A stretch of 63,822 nucleotides of DNA, counting the filler, from Octopus bimaculoides (lineage: Eukaryota): assembly GCF_001194135.2 (NCBI RefSeq). It is 9 parts of 8 records of this genome, joined end to end, with 100 filler letters (N's around TTAATTAATTAA, not from the genome) between each part and the next. Parts side by side here need not be neighbours in the genome. Positions count along the whole stretch, not along the records: positions 1 to 18,199 come from NC_068981.1; positions 18,300 to 23,001 come from NC_069006.1; positions 23,102 to 29,144 come from NC_068983.1; 6 more parts are not named here. One strand, 5' to 3'. This document shows positions 13,298 to 26,096 of the stretch, one piece after another. Below the pieces are notes generated by a model, which was given only the letters and a program-made list of their open reading frames with translations, was not told the DNA's origin and did not search any database. Numbering within the stretch: the first letter of the stretch is position 1; each line of letters begins with the position of its first letter. The position numbers were made by a program, and so were the translations under genes.

Positions 13298-14413
13298 CAG
13301 GGTGTGCCAGATTTTTGAGGACACTTCTTTCAGGAGCTCGAACTGTCTTCTTTCTTCTTTCTTTTTTTTTTTGTACCTGACTTTTCAGATTATGTCAGGC
13401 ATCAGGTTGACTCAGCAAACGAAAAGGCTGACAGTAACCGTTCTCAAAAGCGTAGCATAGGGATACAGAGATAGCTCGCTTTCTGAAAGTTGCCCGATCC
13501 TTCGTGGTCAAAGTTTGAAAGGAGTTGGAAGCTGCTGACGGCAATTCAACATCAGCACCTAAACGCAAAACGCATGCACAAGGTTCTAATACCATTAGAA
13601 CACATAACTTTGTATTAAAAAATCCAAGAAATAATCGATAAAGTCATCGGAAAGTCAAACAGAGCCATTGCAAAAGATCTCAAGGTTTCAGAATGTATTA
13701 TCAGAAGAGTTGTGTATAAGGACATCCGGTACAAGCTGTATGTGATGCCGAGGGATCACTTATGCCAGATGTGACCAGAGAGAATCGTTTGATACGTGCA
13801 AAGCGCTTGCTATACAAGGTAAAGCAACAAGAAGCTAAAATGCTTTGGTTTTTCCCGATGAGAAAAGGGTAAACCGGAGGAATGACAAATGGTTATGCAG
13901 AGACCTGAGTGAGGTTCCAGCAGTCATGCATAGTAAGTTCTCAACATCTGCGATGGTTCTGGGAGTCGTCAGCAGCGAGGAAGATGTCATGCCTCTTCAC
14001 TCTTTTTCACAGGGCTTGAGAGTCAATGCCGTTGTCTACACAGAGGTGTTAGAGAAAGTTGTGAGGCTCTGGATAGACAGAGCACGCAACGACAGAACTT
14101 ATGTATCCCAACAAGTCTCTACGCCGTCTTATAACGCTAGGACAACTCAAGCGTGGATGCGTACCACTCCCTATGATCATATTCTTCCAGACACATGGCT
14201 TCCTTGCTCATCAGACCTCAACTCACTAGACTAATATGCATGGGGCGTAGGCGAGAGGGAGATGTTAATCGTTGGTTCATTGAATAAGTGTGATAAAAGG
14301 ATTCTCCAGATTATTTTTACCAACTTGTTTTCGAATACATATTTTCTTTGATGAGCTATGCGTCTTTTTCTGAATTCATACAAATGACATAAAAAAAAAT
14401 CTCACGCACCCTT
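13298..14413 (+). mobile_element. Tc1/mariner-superfamily transposon, maT (DD37D)-like, decayed, both TIRs present
   Basis: ORF 13845-14234: (W)FPDEK...SAMVLGVVSSEEDVMP..F.QGLRVNA..Y.EVL...YVSQQVSTP...WLPCSSDLNSLD. Left TIR CAGGGTGTGCCAGATTTTT at 13298; right TIR AAAAATCTCACGCACCCTTG at about 14395-14413. Confidence 0.85.
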
Positions 14414-14439
14414 GCTGGATAATATCCTTTGTCACAGTT

Positions 14440-14572
14440 GGTCATGCTTGGAAATCCAGTCAGAAATTCTAATGACAGTTGCCTCTGATAGCACCCTGTG
14501 GAGGAGGTGCCTGAGGACTCTACCCCTATGACCCTCTCAGAAATAGGGAGCAGAGAAGATGGATGGATGGAT
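14440..14572 (+). mobile_element. 3' tail fragment of a Rex3-like RTE LINE
   Basis: GGAGGAGGTGCCTGAGGACTCTACCCC...GAGAAGATGGATGGATGGAT aligns by eye with the 3' end of the 1775-2955 element. Confidence 0.6.
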
Positions 14573-15014
14573 TTTGATATACACCTATACCGACTCAATG
14601 CACACGAAATTTTCCTTAGATATTTTTAGCGGATGATTCCTTCAAGTACTTCATATATTTTATAGTTTAATTGCTTCTGCACGAACATAAATTTTTAATG
14701 TTTCCTTTACAATTTAATTACATGCGTTCTTTATTCAATAATTTTAAAAAGCACACACATAGAGCCTTTTCTTCTCACAAGCACGTTTTTTCTGCATGCA
14801 CTTTTTATTAATATTTTCCCAGTTACTGACATCACACCACGTCAACAAACATCGCATTCGATCTTTCCTTTTCCGAAAAAAGTTTTTCTTTTTATCGAAT
14901 AGAAGCTTCAACAAATAGGTTCTATTGGATTTCTTCAGCTCTCAATGAAAGCTTATGAATTTTAAAAATAATATTTTTATCTTGTTTTCGCCTAGACAAG
15001 GTTATCTTTTTAAA

Positions 15015-15455
15015 TTCCATCAAATCGTTGATCTTGTGCGAACTCTCTGTGCTTTAGGAGGAAAACATTGAGGCGGCTCGTGAGAAAAAGCTTGCCAAAT
15101 ACCAAGAATTGGTAGAGCAGTATAGAAGCCAAGGCTGGCGAATCCGTTACGATTGAAGTAGGCTTCCGATGTTTTGCGGGTTGTTCACTCTGCAAAACTC
15201 TGTAAAGTTCTGTAAAATTCCAAGGGTGCCTTACAGTTAATGAGGCAGCGAAGGGGAGGGTCATGCATTCCATCAGTGAATCTGCAGACTGATGGGCAGA
15301 CTGATGTTGGTTTGATGCGAACTGAGATGCGAACTGAGACTTGATCGCCCCCCAACAGGATCAACTGGGTGAGGTGGGGGTTCTAATGTTGAAAGACACG
15401 AAAACTCTCAAGACTTCCAGAAACATCACCGATGACACATTCCAGAGCAGCCGTC
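15015..15455 (+). mobile_element. 3' fragment of a HERO-like (R2/NeSL group) LINE: restriction-like endonuclease end plus 3' UTR
   Basis: Translation LILCELSVL*EENIEAAREKKLAKYQELVEQYRSQGW..IEVGFRCFAG matches the ELTVPWEE..K.AKY..GW..EVG.RGF pattern. The UTR has GGGTGAGG...TGTTGAAAGAC.CGAAA...CATCAC.GATGA. Confidence 0.7.
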
Positions 15456-15464
15456 AGAAGGAGC

Positions 15465-15507
<43 letters not shown>

Positions 15508-16149
15508 CGCGTACATGTGCGTGTATGTGAGTGTACACGTGTGTATGCTGTTTCATTTCATTGTTCTATTCTTCACTATTTTATCACTGTTATCCGATGA
15601 TAGAAAACGCGTAATTCGCGCGCGCGCATTCACAGGCACCCACTAAAATACACTCCTTTATTTGAAAACATTGTGTGTGTATGACCGCACGTATGTATGT
15701 ATGCGTGTGCGTGAGCAATTGTATACGTGTATATTTTGTGAACTAGTTTCCTAAAATATAAGAGAATACAGCCATCATCGCAATCAGTGGGCAGTTACAA
15801 GGAAGCAATCGGTTACAGATGAGGGATGTATGGGTCGATCTCTGATGATTTATTTTTTGTTTGTTTTTAGACCCCAGATCGATATTAAAAAATCGGTAAA
15901 ATTCACTAAAATTCTATCTACTTTTCTCGAGTCACCCTAAGAACTGTCAGCAAGGGTTAGACTAGAATCGGTAATAAAATTAAGAATTTTTTTTTTATAT
16001 ATATACACACACGCGCTTACGCGCACATACATTCACATACGCACACATGCACATACGAGTTCACACGTATACACGCACACTCAAACAAACACATTTACAC
16101 ACACACACATACATGCACACACACACATACACGCATGCACACACGTAAA

Positions 16150-16449
16150 TACACTTTCTTATTTATTCGTTTCAGTCATTTGACTGCAGCCATGCTGGAG
16201 CACCGCCTTGAAGGGTTTTAGTCGAACAATTCGACCCTAGGACTTATTTTACAAAGCCTAGTACTTATCTTATCGGTATCTTTTACTGAACCGCTAGGTT
16301 ACGGGGAGGTAAACTCAACACTAACACCGGATGTCAAGCAGTGATAGGGGTGACAAACACATACACAAAGGCACACAGACAGACACACACACACACGCAT
16401 ACACACACACGCATACACACACACGCATACACACACAGACACGCGCGCG

Positions 16450-16510
<61 letters not shown>

Positions 16511-17270
16511 GCAGTGGCACCTCGTGTATAGGCACTCCAGAACTGCAGCACCCCCTATTTTCAATCGATCTTATTGATAAAATTCAATATGATGAGTTCT
16601 TTTTTTTTAATTTAAAATTCTTTCTTTATAATTGTACATTATATAATCCTTAAGCTTATGACAATAGCCCATCCCCTAGTTTATGAAAAAATACAAAAAT
16701 CCTCGTATAGAACTGTGCGCTTCACAGTTCTGGCGACGCGATGTTTGGCTGTTGTGCGCATGCTCACATGTCCGAGATAGGAAGCTGCTCGCTAGGGAGA
16801 GAGAGAGAGCACTGTGGTTCACGCACTGCCGACCCTGTTGAGCTGGTGAAAGGTAGTGTTTCTTTTTGACTCTGCGTGTGTTGTGCTTAAAAACTTGTTT
16901 ATATTCTTAAATGTGATAAAGAGTAGAATTAAATTATTATCCTGCTTCCAGCTACAGGATTTGAAAAAGAATGCAGATCCCCTCCCTTATTTTGTGATTT
17001 AGTGGGGGATTTTTGAAAAACAAGGGGGAATTCGCGGCGATGTTCAGTGAACAAATTAAACACACTACCCGGCAATGGCTAAAACGCGAACCGATCAAGT
17101 TTACGTATAAATATTCTTTTTATATGTTTGTTTCCTTTTGCATAATATTAAAACAACGGCTAAACATTTTCTGAAGCAGCACCTCAAATAATTTTATCTA
17201 CGAACCGCCACTGTGTATACGACGGGCTTCTTTTAGTTTCCGTCTGCCATATCCACTCACAAAGCCACTA
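16150..17270 (-). mobile_element. SINE family B (tRNA head, internal microsatellite, conserved tail), interrupted by a hAT-type insertion
   Basis: The tail at 16150-16375 is the reverse complement of 58760-58960. The (CA)n linker follows, and the head-proximal part ACGGGCTTCTTTTAGTTTCCGTCT resumes at 17220. Confidence 0.8.
16512..17213. mobile_element. Non-autonomous hAT-like DNA element (about 700 bp)
   Basis: Ends are CAGTGGCACCTCGT and ACGAACCGCCACTG (inverted, CAGTGGC-type TIR). The 8-bp flanks are CATATACG and TGTATACG (6/8 identical). No transposase ORF. Confidence 0.6.
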
Positions 17271-17668
17271 CCTATGAAATTTTCTTATAAAAAAAANNNN
17301 NNNNNNNNNNNNNNNNNNNNNNNNNNNNNNNNNNNNNNNNNNNNNNNNNNNNNNNNNNNNNNNNNNNNNNNNNNNNNNNNNNNNNNNNNNNNNNNNNNNN
17401 NNNNNNNNNNNNNNNNNNNNNNNNNNNNNNNNNNNNNNNNNNNNNNNNNNNNNNNNNNNNNNNNNNNNNNNNNNNNNNNNNNNNNNNNNNNNNNNNNNNN
17501 NNNNNNNNNNNNNNNNNNNNNNNNNNNNNNNNNNNNNNNNNNNNNNNNNNNNNNNNNNNNNNNNNNNNNNNNNNNNNNNNNNNNNNCGATCGAAACATTC
17601 GTCAAATGTATATCAGTAATGCAGGTTAAGTTGCGTGATTGAGAGAACCTTGATATCACATACATACA

Positions 17669-17701
<33 letters not shown>

Positions 17702-18017
17702 GCATACATACATGTGTGTGTGTATGTGTATGTGTGTTAGCCAGAATAAGTCGTCGGGAGTACAAACCGAGCAGCAATAATACGGTGGCAATGGAATGGT
17801 AGAGATGATACTAATATTTGCTGGACTAAATACGTTACGTGTGGCCTTCTGCCAACGTAGGAAACCAGGAGCGGCTACACCTGCCAGAAATAAGAACTTA
17901 TACAAATCACACATCCTATCGTATGCATGTATGTATGTATGTATGTATGTATGTATGTATGTTTTATACATAAACATAAATAAACATATTTACAAACACA
18001 CACATCTATACACATAT

Positions 18018-18178
18018 GGGTGTAATTATGTGGTAAGAAGCATGTTTCACAACCACATAGTTTCGGGTTCAATCCCACTGCGTGTACCTTGGGCAAGTGA
18101 CGTCTTCTATAACCTCGGGCCGACCAAAACCTCGTGAGTGGATTTAGTCGACTGTAACTGGAAGAAGCCCGTCGTATA
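18018..18178 (+). mobile_element. SINE family B head
   Basis: TGTGGTAAGAAG...GGGTTCAATCCCACTGCGTG...GAAGCCCGTCGTATA matches 53029-53187 and 58545-58710. Confidence 0.8.
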
Positions 18179-18199
18179 TATATATATATATATATATAT

Positions 18200-18299
18200 N
18201 NNNNNNNNNNNNNNNNNNNNNNNNNNNNNNNNNNNNNNNNNNNTTAATTAATTAANNNNNNNNNNNNNNNNNNNNNNNNNNNNNNNNNNNNNNNNNNNN
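18200..18299. other. Assembly placeholder: N44-TTAATTAATTAA-N44 (8 such gaps in the window)
   Basis: An identical 12-mer flanked by Ns occurs at 18244, 23046, 29189, 41780, 45630, 52116, 56916 and 61441. Confidence 0.95.
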
Positions 18300-18457
18300 T
18301 ATATATATATATATATACACAAGTGTGTGGGTGCGCACGCGAGTGTGTAGATATATATACATACACATTTATATGACTATGAGAGACAAAATGAGTATGG
18401 GCGTCAGCGTCTGTGTATCGGTAAATGTATTCTGGTTGCGAGTGTATTTTTTGTATG

Positions 18458-18489
<32 letters not shown>

Positions 18490-18772
18490 AATACGTGTGA
18501 ATACGTGTGCATGTATGTATATGGCTATGTCTATGTATGAGTTCATAATGTGGTCGTTATTTTTAATTAGAGACGTACATATACATATTAGAAACACACA
18601 CACGAATAAATTAAAACAAGCTCATTTGTACCGTTACAGACTGTATTATTACAAATCTATGTATGTATCTATCTGACTATCTGTCAGTTTGTCTGCCTAG
18701 TAGCCTCTGTCTCACACTCACTCACTCACTCACCCACTCACCCACTCACTCCTTATGTATGTATCTCTCTCT

Positions 18773-18830
<58 letters not shown>

Positions 18831-18831
18831 G

Positions 18832-18862
<31 letters not shown>

Positions 18863-18948
18863 CTTTCCATCTCTCTCTCTGAGTCTTTCTAGTCATCAAC
18901 TTATCTATCCATCACTCCCTCCCTCCTTCCTCCCCACCTGTCCTATCC

Positions 18949-19012
<64 letters not shown>

Positions 19013-19439
19013 GTTTCCCATCGTAGAACTGCCGCTAAAAGATTTAATATTGTTATTTAATACTTGTACGTTCCCTGATAATCTATATCTGTTACAAATA
19101 TTTGCTTAAGCGAGTGAGGAGCAGATCAGAAATAAATAAATATTATAGAAAGAAAAGAAGAGAGTAAACAGTTGCTGTAACACCTCGAGAACTTGCGAGA
19201 AGAGGGAGGAGTAAAACAAATATTATTACATCACAGGAACGTGTGATCTCATCTGAGATTTTTTCTATGGTAACAAAGAGGATGTTGGTCAGCACAAATG
19301 TCTTTATGTAGAACGTCTGTTTAAGTATTTTTCATCTCACGAAAGCAACATTCAATTGATAGCAAATTAGAAATCAGTAAACCTGAAACCATAGGATGTC
19401 TCCCAGTATTTCTTTGTTGCTGTTGTCATATAACAACAA

Positions 19440-19477
19440 CAACAACAACAACGATGATGATGATGATGATGATGATG

Positions 19478-19522
<45 letters not shown>

Positions 19523-19669
19523 GTTTCAAATTTTGCTGAAAGGATGAAAGGCAAAGTCGACCTCGGAGGAATTTGAACTCAGAACGTAGGGCAGACGAAA
19601 TACCTCTAAACATTTTGTCCAGCGTGCTAAGGATTCTGCCTGCGGCTTCTCGCTTCGAACGATAATAAT

Positions 19670-19751
<82 letters not shown>
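19440..19751 (-). mobile_element. SINE family C fragment (19520-19660) embedded in (AAC/GAT/AAT)n repeats
   Basis: The reverse complement reads GCAGAATCCTTAGCACGCTGGACAAAATG...TTCTGAGTTCAAATTCC, matching the heads at 21290, 45355 and 59815. Confidence 0.7.
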
Positions 19752-20453
19752 NNNNNNNNNNNNNNNNNNNNNNNNNNNNNNNNNNNNNNNNNNNNNNNNN
19801 NNNNNNNNNNNNNNNNNNNNNNNNNNNNNNNNNNNNNNNNNNNNNNNNNNNNNNNNNNNNNNNNNNNNNNNNNNNNNNNNNNNNNNNNNNNNNNNNNNNN
19901 NNNNNNNNNNNNNNNNNNNNNNNNNNNNNNNNNNNNNNNNNNNNNNNNNNNNNNNNNNNNNNNNNNNNNNNNNNNNNNNNNNNNNNNNNNNNNNNNNNNN
20001 NNNNNNNNNNNNNNNNNNNNNNNNNNNNNNNNNNNNNNNNNNNNNNNNNNNNNNNNNNNNNNNNNNNNNNNNNNNNNNNNNNNNNNNNNNNNNNNNNNNN
20101 NNNNNNNNNNNNNNNNNNNNNNNNNNNNNNNNNNNNNNNNNNNNNNNNNNNNNNNNNNNNNNNNNNNNNNNNNNNNNNNNNNNNNNNNNNNNNNNNNNNN
20201 NNNNNNNNNNNNNNNNNNNNNNNNNNNNNNNNNNNNNNNNNNNNNNNNNNNNNNNNNNNNNNNNNNNNNNNNNNNNNNNNNNNNNNNNNNNNNNNNNNNN
20301 NNNNNNNNNNNNNNNNNNNNNNNNNNNNNNNNNNNNNNNNNNNNNNNNNNNNNNNNNNNNNNNNNNNNNNNNNNNNNNNNNNNNNNNNNNNNNNNNNNNN
20401 NNNNNNNNNNNNNNNNNNNNNNNNNNNNNNNNNNNNNNNNNNNNNNNNNNNNN

Positions 20454-21220
20454 CGTTGCTGTTCTAGTTTTAGTTTGGATTTCATTTGTTTTATAGCTTT
20501 TGTTGTTTCTTCTTCTTCGTCTTCGTATTTGTTAGGTAGTGTGATTTCTTGTTTGTATTTGTCAGCTTCCTTAAATACTGAAAACAGTTTTTTGTTTTGC
20601 TCGTGTTTTGTGGCTATTTGTATTAGTTTTCCTTGCTTCTGGACTAGGTATTTTTGCAGTCCTATGGTGGTTATTTAATAATAGTTTTCCAGCTGTATAA
20701 GACCCATGCCACCTTCTGTGCGTTGTATGTATAGCCTTTCTTTGTCAGATTTTGGGTGGTGCATCCTATATCCTGTTACTATTTTTCTTGTTTTCCTGTC
20801 TATTTTAGATAGTTCGTTTAGTGTCCAGTTAAGGATAATGTAGCTGTAACTTATAACTGGGACAGCTAAAGTGTTAATACCTGTTATTTTGTTTTTAGCA
20901 TTGAGCTCTGTTTTTAGTATTGATCTAACTCGTCTACAGTACTCTTTCTTTATTTTTTTCTTTCGTTTGTGTGTGTTGTATCCTATCGAGTTCATTGACT
21001 CCTAAATATTTGTATGGCTAGCTTTCGTCTAGTTCTTTTATTTCATTGGCTTTATCTAGTGTGATGTTGCTACTTTTAATTAATTTTCCTCTTTTCAGGG
21101 TTGCTTTGGCACATTTTTCAAATCCGAATTTCATATCTATTTCCTTGGTAAAGTCATGTACTGTCTGTAGTAGTGTTTCCAGCTCTTTGTCATTTCTGGC
21201 GTATAATTTTAGGTCATCCA
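20454..21220 (-). mobile_element. R4/Dong-clade LINE fragment (RT C-half and downstream region), running into a gap
   Basis: MDDLKLYARNDKELETLLQTVHDFTKEIDMKFGFEKCAKATLKRGK, YKYLG, KKEYCRRVRSILKTELNAKNKITGINTLAVPVISYS, HHPKSDKERLYIQRTEGGMGL. The 5' end abuts (TAA)n. Confidence 0.9.
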
Positions 21221-21227
21221 TATATAA

Positions 21228-21269
<42 letters not shown>

Positions 21270-21289
21270 TATTATTATTATTATTGTTA

Positions 21290-21361
21290 TTTAAGGCGGC
21301 GAGATGGCAGAATCGTTAGCATGACGGGCAAAGTGCTTAGCGGTACTTCGTCCATCCTTAC
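21290..21361 (+). mobile_element. SINE family C head, truncated by a gap
   Basis: AAGGCGGCGAGATGGCAGAATCGTTAGCATGACGGGCAAAGTGCTTAGCGG, shared with 45253-45585. Confidence 0.75.
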
Positions 21362-22322
21362 NNNNNNNNNNNNNNNNNNNNNNNNNNNNNNNNNNNNNNN
21401 NNNNNNNNNNNNNNNNNNNNNNNNNNNNNNNNNNNNNNNNNNNNNNNNNNNNNNNNNNNNNNNNNNNNNNNNNNNNNNNNNNNNNNNNNNNNNNNNNNNN
21501 NNNNNNNNNNNNNNNNNNNNNNNNNNNNNNNNNNNNNNNNNNNNNNNNNNNNNNNNNNNNNNNNNNNNNNNNNNNNNNNNNNNNNNNNNNNNNNNNNNNN
21601 NNNNNNNNNNNNNNNNNNNNNNNNNNNNNNNNNNNNNNNNNNNNNNNNNNNNNNNNNNNNNNNNNNNNNNNNNNNNNNNNNNNNNNNNNNNNNNNNNNNN
21701 NNNNNNNNNNNNNNNNNNNNNNNNNNNNNNNNNNNNNNNNNNNNNNNNNNNNNNNNNNNNNNNNNNNNNNNNNNNNNNNNNNNNNNNNNNNNNNNNNNNN
21801 NNNNNNNNNNNNNNNNNNNNNNNNNNNNNNNNNNNNNNNNNNNNNNNNNNNNNNNNNNNNNNNNNNNNNNNNNNNNNNNNNNNNNNNNNNNNNNNNNNNN
21901 NNNNNNNNNNNNNNNNNNNNNNNNNNNNNNNNNNNNNNNNNNNNNNNNNNNNNNNNNNNNNNNNNNNNNNNNNNNNNNNNNNNNNNNNNNNNNNNNNNNN
22001 NNNNNNNNNNNNNNNNNNNNNNNNNNNNNNNNNNNNNNNNNNNNNNNNNNNNNNNNNNNNNNNNNNNNNNNNNNNNNNNNNNNNNNNNNNNNNNNNNNNN
22101 NNNNNNNNNNNNNNNNNNNNNNNNNNNNNNNNNNNNNNNNNNNNNNNNNNNNNNNNNNNNNNNNNNNNNNNNNNNNNNNNNNNNNNNNNNNNNNNNNNNN
22201 NNNNNNNNNNNNNNNNNNNNNNNNNNNNNNNNNNNNNNNNNNNNNNNNNNNNNNNNNNNNNNNNNNNNNNNNNNNNNNNNNNNNNNNNNNNNNNNNNNNN
22301 NNNNNNNNNNNNNNNNNNNNNN

Positions 22323-22640
22323 AAACCGGGCGTTGTGAATGTTTATTGAGCGAAAACACCTAAAGCACCACGAGGCTCCGGCAGGGGATGGTGGCGAACC
22401 CTGCTGTACTCTTTCACTACGACTTTCTCTCACTCTTACTTCCTGTTTCTGTTGTGCCTGTAATTCAAAGGGGTCAGCCTTGTCACACTGTGTCACGCTG
22501 AATATCCCCGAGAACTACGTTAAGGGTACACGTGTCTGTGGAGTGCTCAGCCACTTGCACTTTAACTTCACGAGCAGGCTGTTCCGTTGATCGGATCAAC
22601 TGGAACCCTCGTCGTCGTAACCTACGGAGTGCCCCGTGGT
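22323..22640 (+). mobile_element. SINE family D body and tail (head lost in the preceding gap)
   Basis: High-identity reverse complement of 59980-60270. Confidence 0.85.
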
Positions 22641-22832
22641 CCATACTGTCTCTCTCGTATATGTGTGTGTGTGTATGTGTGTGTGTGTAAGTCTGTGTGT
22701 GTGTGTCTGTGATGTATAAAGGCACATATTGTGATTGAGGGAGAAAGAGACTGGAGATAGTTGCAGTAAGAGGTAACAATGGGAGAGGTGGCATGGAGAT
22801 TTCAAGAATTGGCGGAAGAACAAAGGTAGATA

Positions 22833-22866
<34 letters not shown>

Positions 22867-22959
22867 AAGAGAGGGAGAGAGAGAGAGAGAGAGAGAGTGA
22901 AAGAGAGAGAAAGAAGAACTAACGATATTAGGAGGGGATGAATGAGTGATAATGAAGTG

Positions 22960-23001
<42 letters not shown>

Positions 23002-23471
23002 NNNNNNNNNNNNNNNNNNNNNNNNNNNNNNNNNNNNNNNNNNNNTTAATTAATTAANNNNNNNNNNNNNNNNNNNNNNNNNNNNNNNNNNNNNNNNNNN
23101 NCAGATGTTTAATTCTTTAAATTTTAGGTTTTTTTATATTCTAGACTTTACAATATTCATGCTTAATTACGCATAAATTTTTATACGCATTTATATTCAC
23201 ATGTATCTTTATCTACATTCATATTTTTATACATATTTATATTTATATTTCGTATATTTATATTTTAAATTTTTAATTTATTATATTACCATGTCATATT
23301 GGATATATATCTTTCGAAATATTAAATATTGATTTCCTGAGAATATTATTGATAAGTTTATGAATATATTAATAATATAAAAACACATATATATATATTT
23401 ATTTGCTCAAAATAATAGAGCATTCAATATAAGTTCAGTTACATATTCTTTGAGAATATTACTTATAAAAG

Positions 23472-23540
<69 letters not shown>

Positions 23541-24059
23541 GACACATAGACACACCTACACACTCACCNNNNNNNNNNNNNNNNNNNNNNNNNNNNNNNN
23601 NNNCCCCCCCCCCCCCCCCACACACACACACGCACACACACAGACACATATATATATGCATTACAGATACAGACACATGCATACATATATACATTCATAT
23701 CGACAAATAAGCATACATACACTCTTACAGACATTAACCAATAAATATTGAACATTAATCAATTATAATCAGATTTAAGTAATGCTAATTAGGTTAATAT
23801 ATTGGTACTATTATAGACAGGTAATGCAAGATATTAATTTATAATCTAGTCCATGTAATTGCGCAACTCTGACAGCTGACTGAATAGAGAAGAGGGTGCT
23901 AAATATGATAACCTGTAGTACGGGCTAAAGTTTGATTAGTTTAATAAGATACGCATCAAAACTAAATTGTAAAGTTGATGATAGTATATTTAATCAAATA
24001 AATTTTAGCTGTAGCGATGAGAAAAGAGCATTAGTTTAATGATTAATTCTAGTCTAAAA

Positions 24060-24640
24060 AGATAAGGGAGACAACCCTCACACTGCAATTTGGCTCAAGG
24101 GTGATGAATTAGTAGAATCATTAGAACATCTGAAAGTATGCATGTCCTGTCAAGGAGAGATCAACCAACGCCAAGAAACTTGACCAAGCGTAGAACAGCA
24201 CCTGCTATCTAGTCATTGGTTACATGAAACCTACCCGCAAACAACTTGCCCTTCGTCGATGGCATTTAGATGAGAAGTAGCTACTATTGATGAACTCCAC
24301 TTCCTCTATGGTTGTCACACACTCCCCATCAGTTCAGTGGCTAAAGTCAAGAAGTTTCCTCAACTATGTCTAGGCCCTAATAACTTCTCGGGAAGGAACC
24401 AAACTCTGGATAGAAAAGTTTGACAAACTCCAATCCAGCCCTCACTTTCAAAAGACTTCCCTCCTGGATTCAGTGGAAGATCACTCAACTGTCTGAGAAT
24501 GAGAACGGGACAATCAAAAGGTACTTTTATCAAATGTGAGTGTGAAGAAGCAGACTACTCTATGGGTCACTACCTTTTTCTGCCCTTTATTACCCAAACC
24601 TTGAAGCTCAAAAGACCTGGCAGAGTTCAATAAAAATGCA
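24060..24640 (+). mobile_element. Ingi/Vingi-like (I group) LINE 3' fragment, decayed
   Basis: CYLVIGYMKPT and KDFPPGFSGRSLNCLRMRTGQSKG...CECEEADYSMGHYLF resemble the PPG..LNRLRTG...C.CG...QT..H C-terminal motif. Confidence 0.5.
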
Positions 24641-24659
24641 AAAAAACTGTGTAAAGAAA

Positions 24660-25110
24660 TAGGAAGCTGTCATATAATAATTATGCTTCGAAGAATCGAA
24701 ATAAGAAGCAAAAGTATTGAGACCAAAACTGAACCATGTACCGACGGATTACCAGATGAATCACTATCAATTTCAATGCAAAAGACCTGCCACTGCTTCT
24801 CTGCAAATAAGCATCCATATAAATGAAAGTTTTAAGTGAGGACCTGCTACCTTAGCTATAATCTTCACAAGATAATTCGTCAACCACATAATGGTAACTT
24901 CATTGCTGTAATCTATACGCTGCAAATTGATAAAGTTATCAGAGAGAATGCCGCGTGATATTTGTCCCAGATCTTTGCACTCAGATCAATTCCTACCGTG
25001 GCAATTTTTCCTATTATCCTTTTAGAGCCGGTAAATAAGCACAATAAGTATTATTACTGACTCTTCTTTCTCACAGAAAGAAATCGGTTGTTTTTCTATA
25101 TGAAGAATGG
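24660..25110 (-). mobile_element. CR1/L2-like RT remnant
   Basis: The minus strand gives SGNPSVHGSVLVSILLLLISI, a decayed SGVPQGSVLGPLLFLIYI. The rest is heavily decayed. Confidence 0.4.
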
Positions 25111-26043
25111 TTAGCACTGATAGGTTTAAACTCCAAAGGCATAACTGTATTTCTATGACTCTATCAGGATCTGATAGGATCTACCAAAGTAGAAAGGAAA
25201 TGTAATCTGTAATTAAGTCACCAAGATATAAATTGCTACATAGTTCAAATCTACTAATTAATCTGTTATTGTTATTCAATTTTAATCTCAATTTGCCGGT
25301 GGTGCTGCTGCTAATATGATCTACGTAATTAACATTTCACCAGTTAATTGTTAATATCCTCTCATTATGATTTCCCCAAAAGCTCACCAAATAACATGTC
25401 AACATCACAGAAACAGCTATACAACCACTTCCGGGGATTTTTTCCTGCTATCTACGAAATTCGAAAGGCAAGTTCCTGTCTACTGCGAGATGATCTATAA
25501 TCCCCCGACAGGAATTACGGTAAGTTTCACAAATAATTCTTTAACAAACTCTTTTAATAATGGTTTTATTCTATCTTATCACTCTCATGCACCACCAGGT
25601 ACCTGTTTCCTATCTCAGTTTCTTTTTTTATACGTTTCGACGAATGTGGCCATGAAGCCAGATACACTGTAGCCTGCTGTCTGAACCGTTGAGGACGTTA
25701 CCTTCTACAACAGCAACAACAATAACAACAACAACAACTACAACGACGACGACGACGATGACGACTACTACTTCATCCATCTCTTCTTTCTCCTTTTCCC
25801 CTTCTTCTCCTTCTACACCTCGCCATCTTTCTATTCATCCTTCATTTCCTTAAAGCTTTGTGTAAAATTCATTGCAATAATTAATTGATTTCAAAGTTCA
25901 AAACTCATCAAAGTCGGCACTGCGTTTCATCTCTGTGGAGTCGACAGAATCAAGTACCTGTCAATTTCTATAACCAACAATTCCTCCCCATAAGCTTCGG
26001 GTTTTGTACCTATATTAGAATCGACGACGACAACAACAACAAC

Positions 26044-26094
<51 letters not shown>

Positions 26095-26096
26095 CA

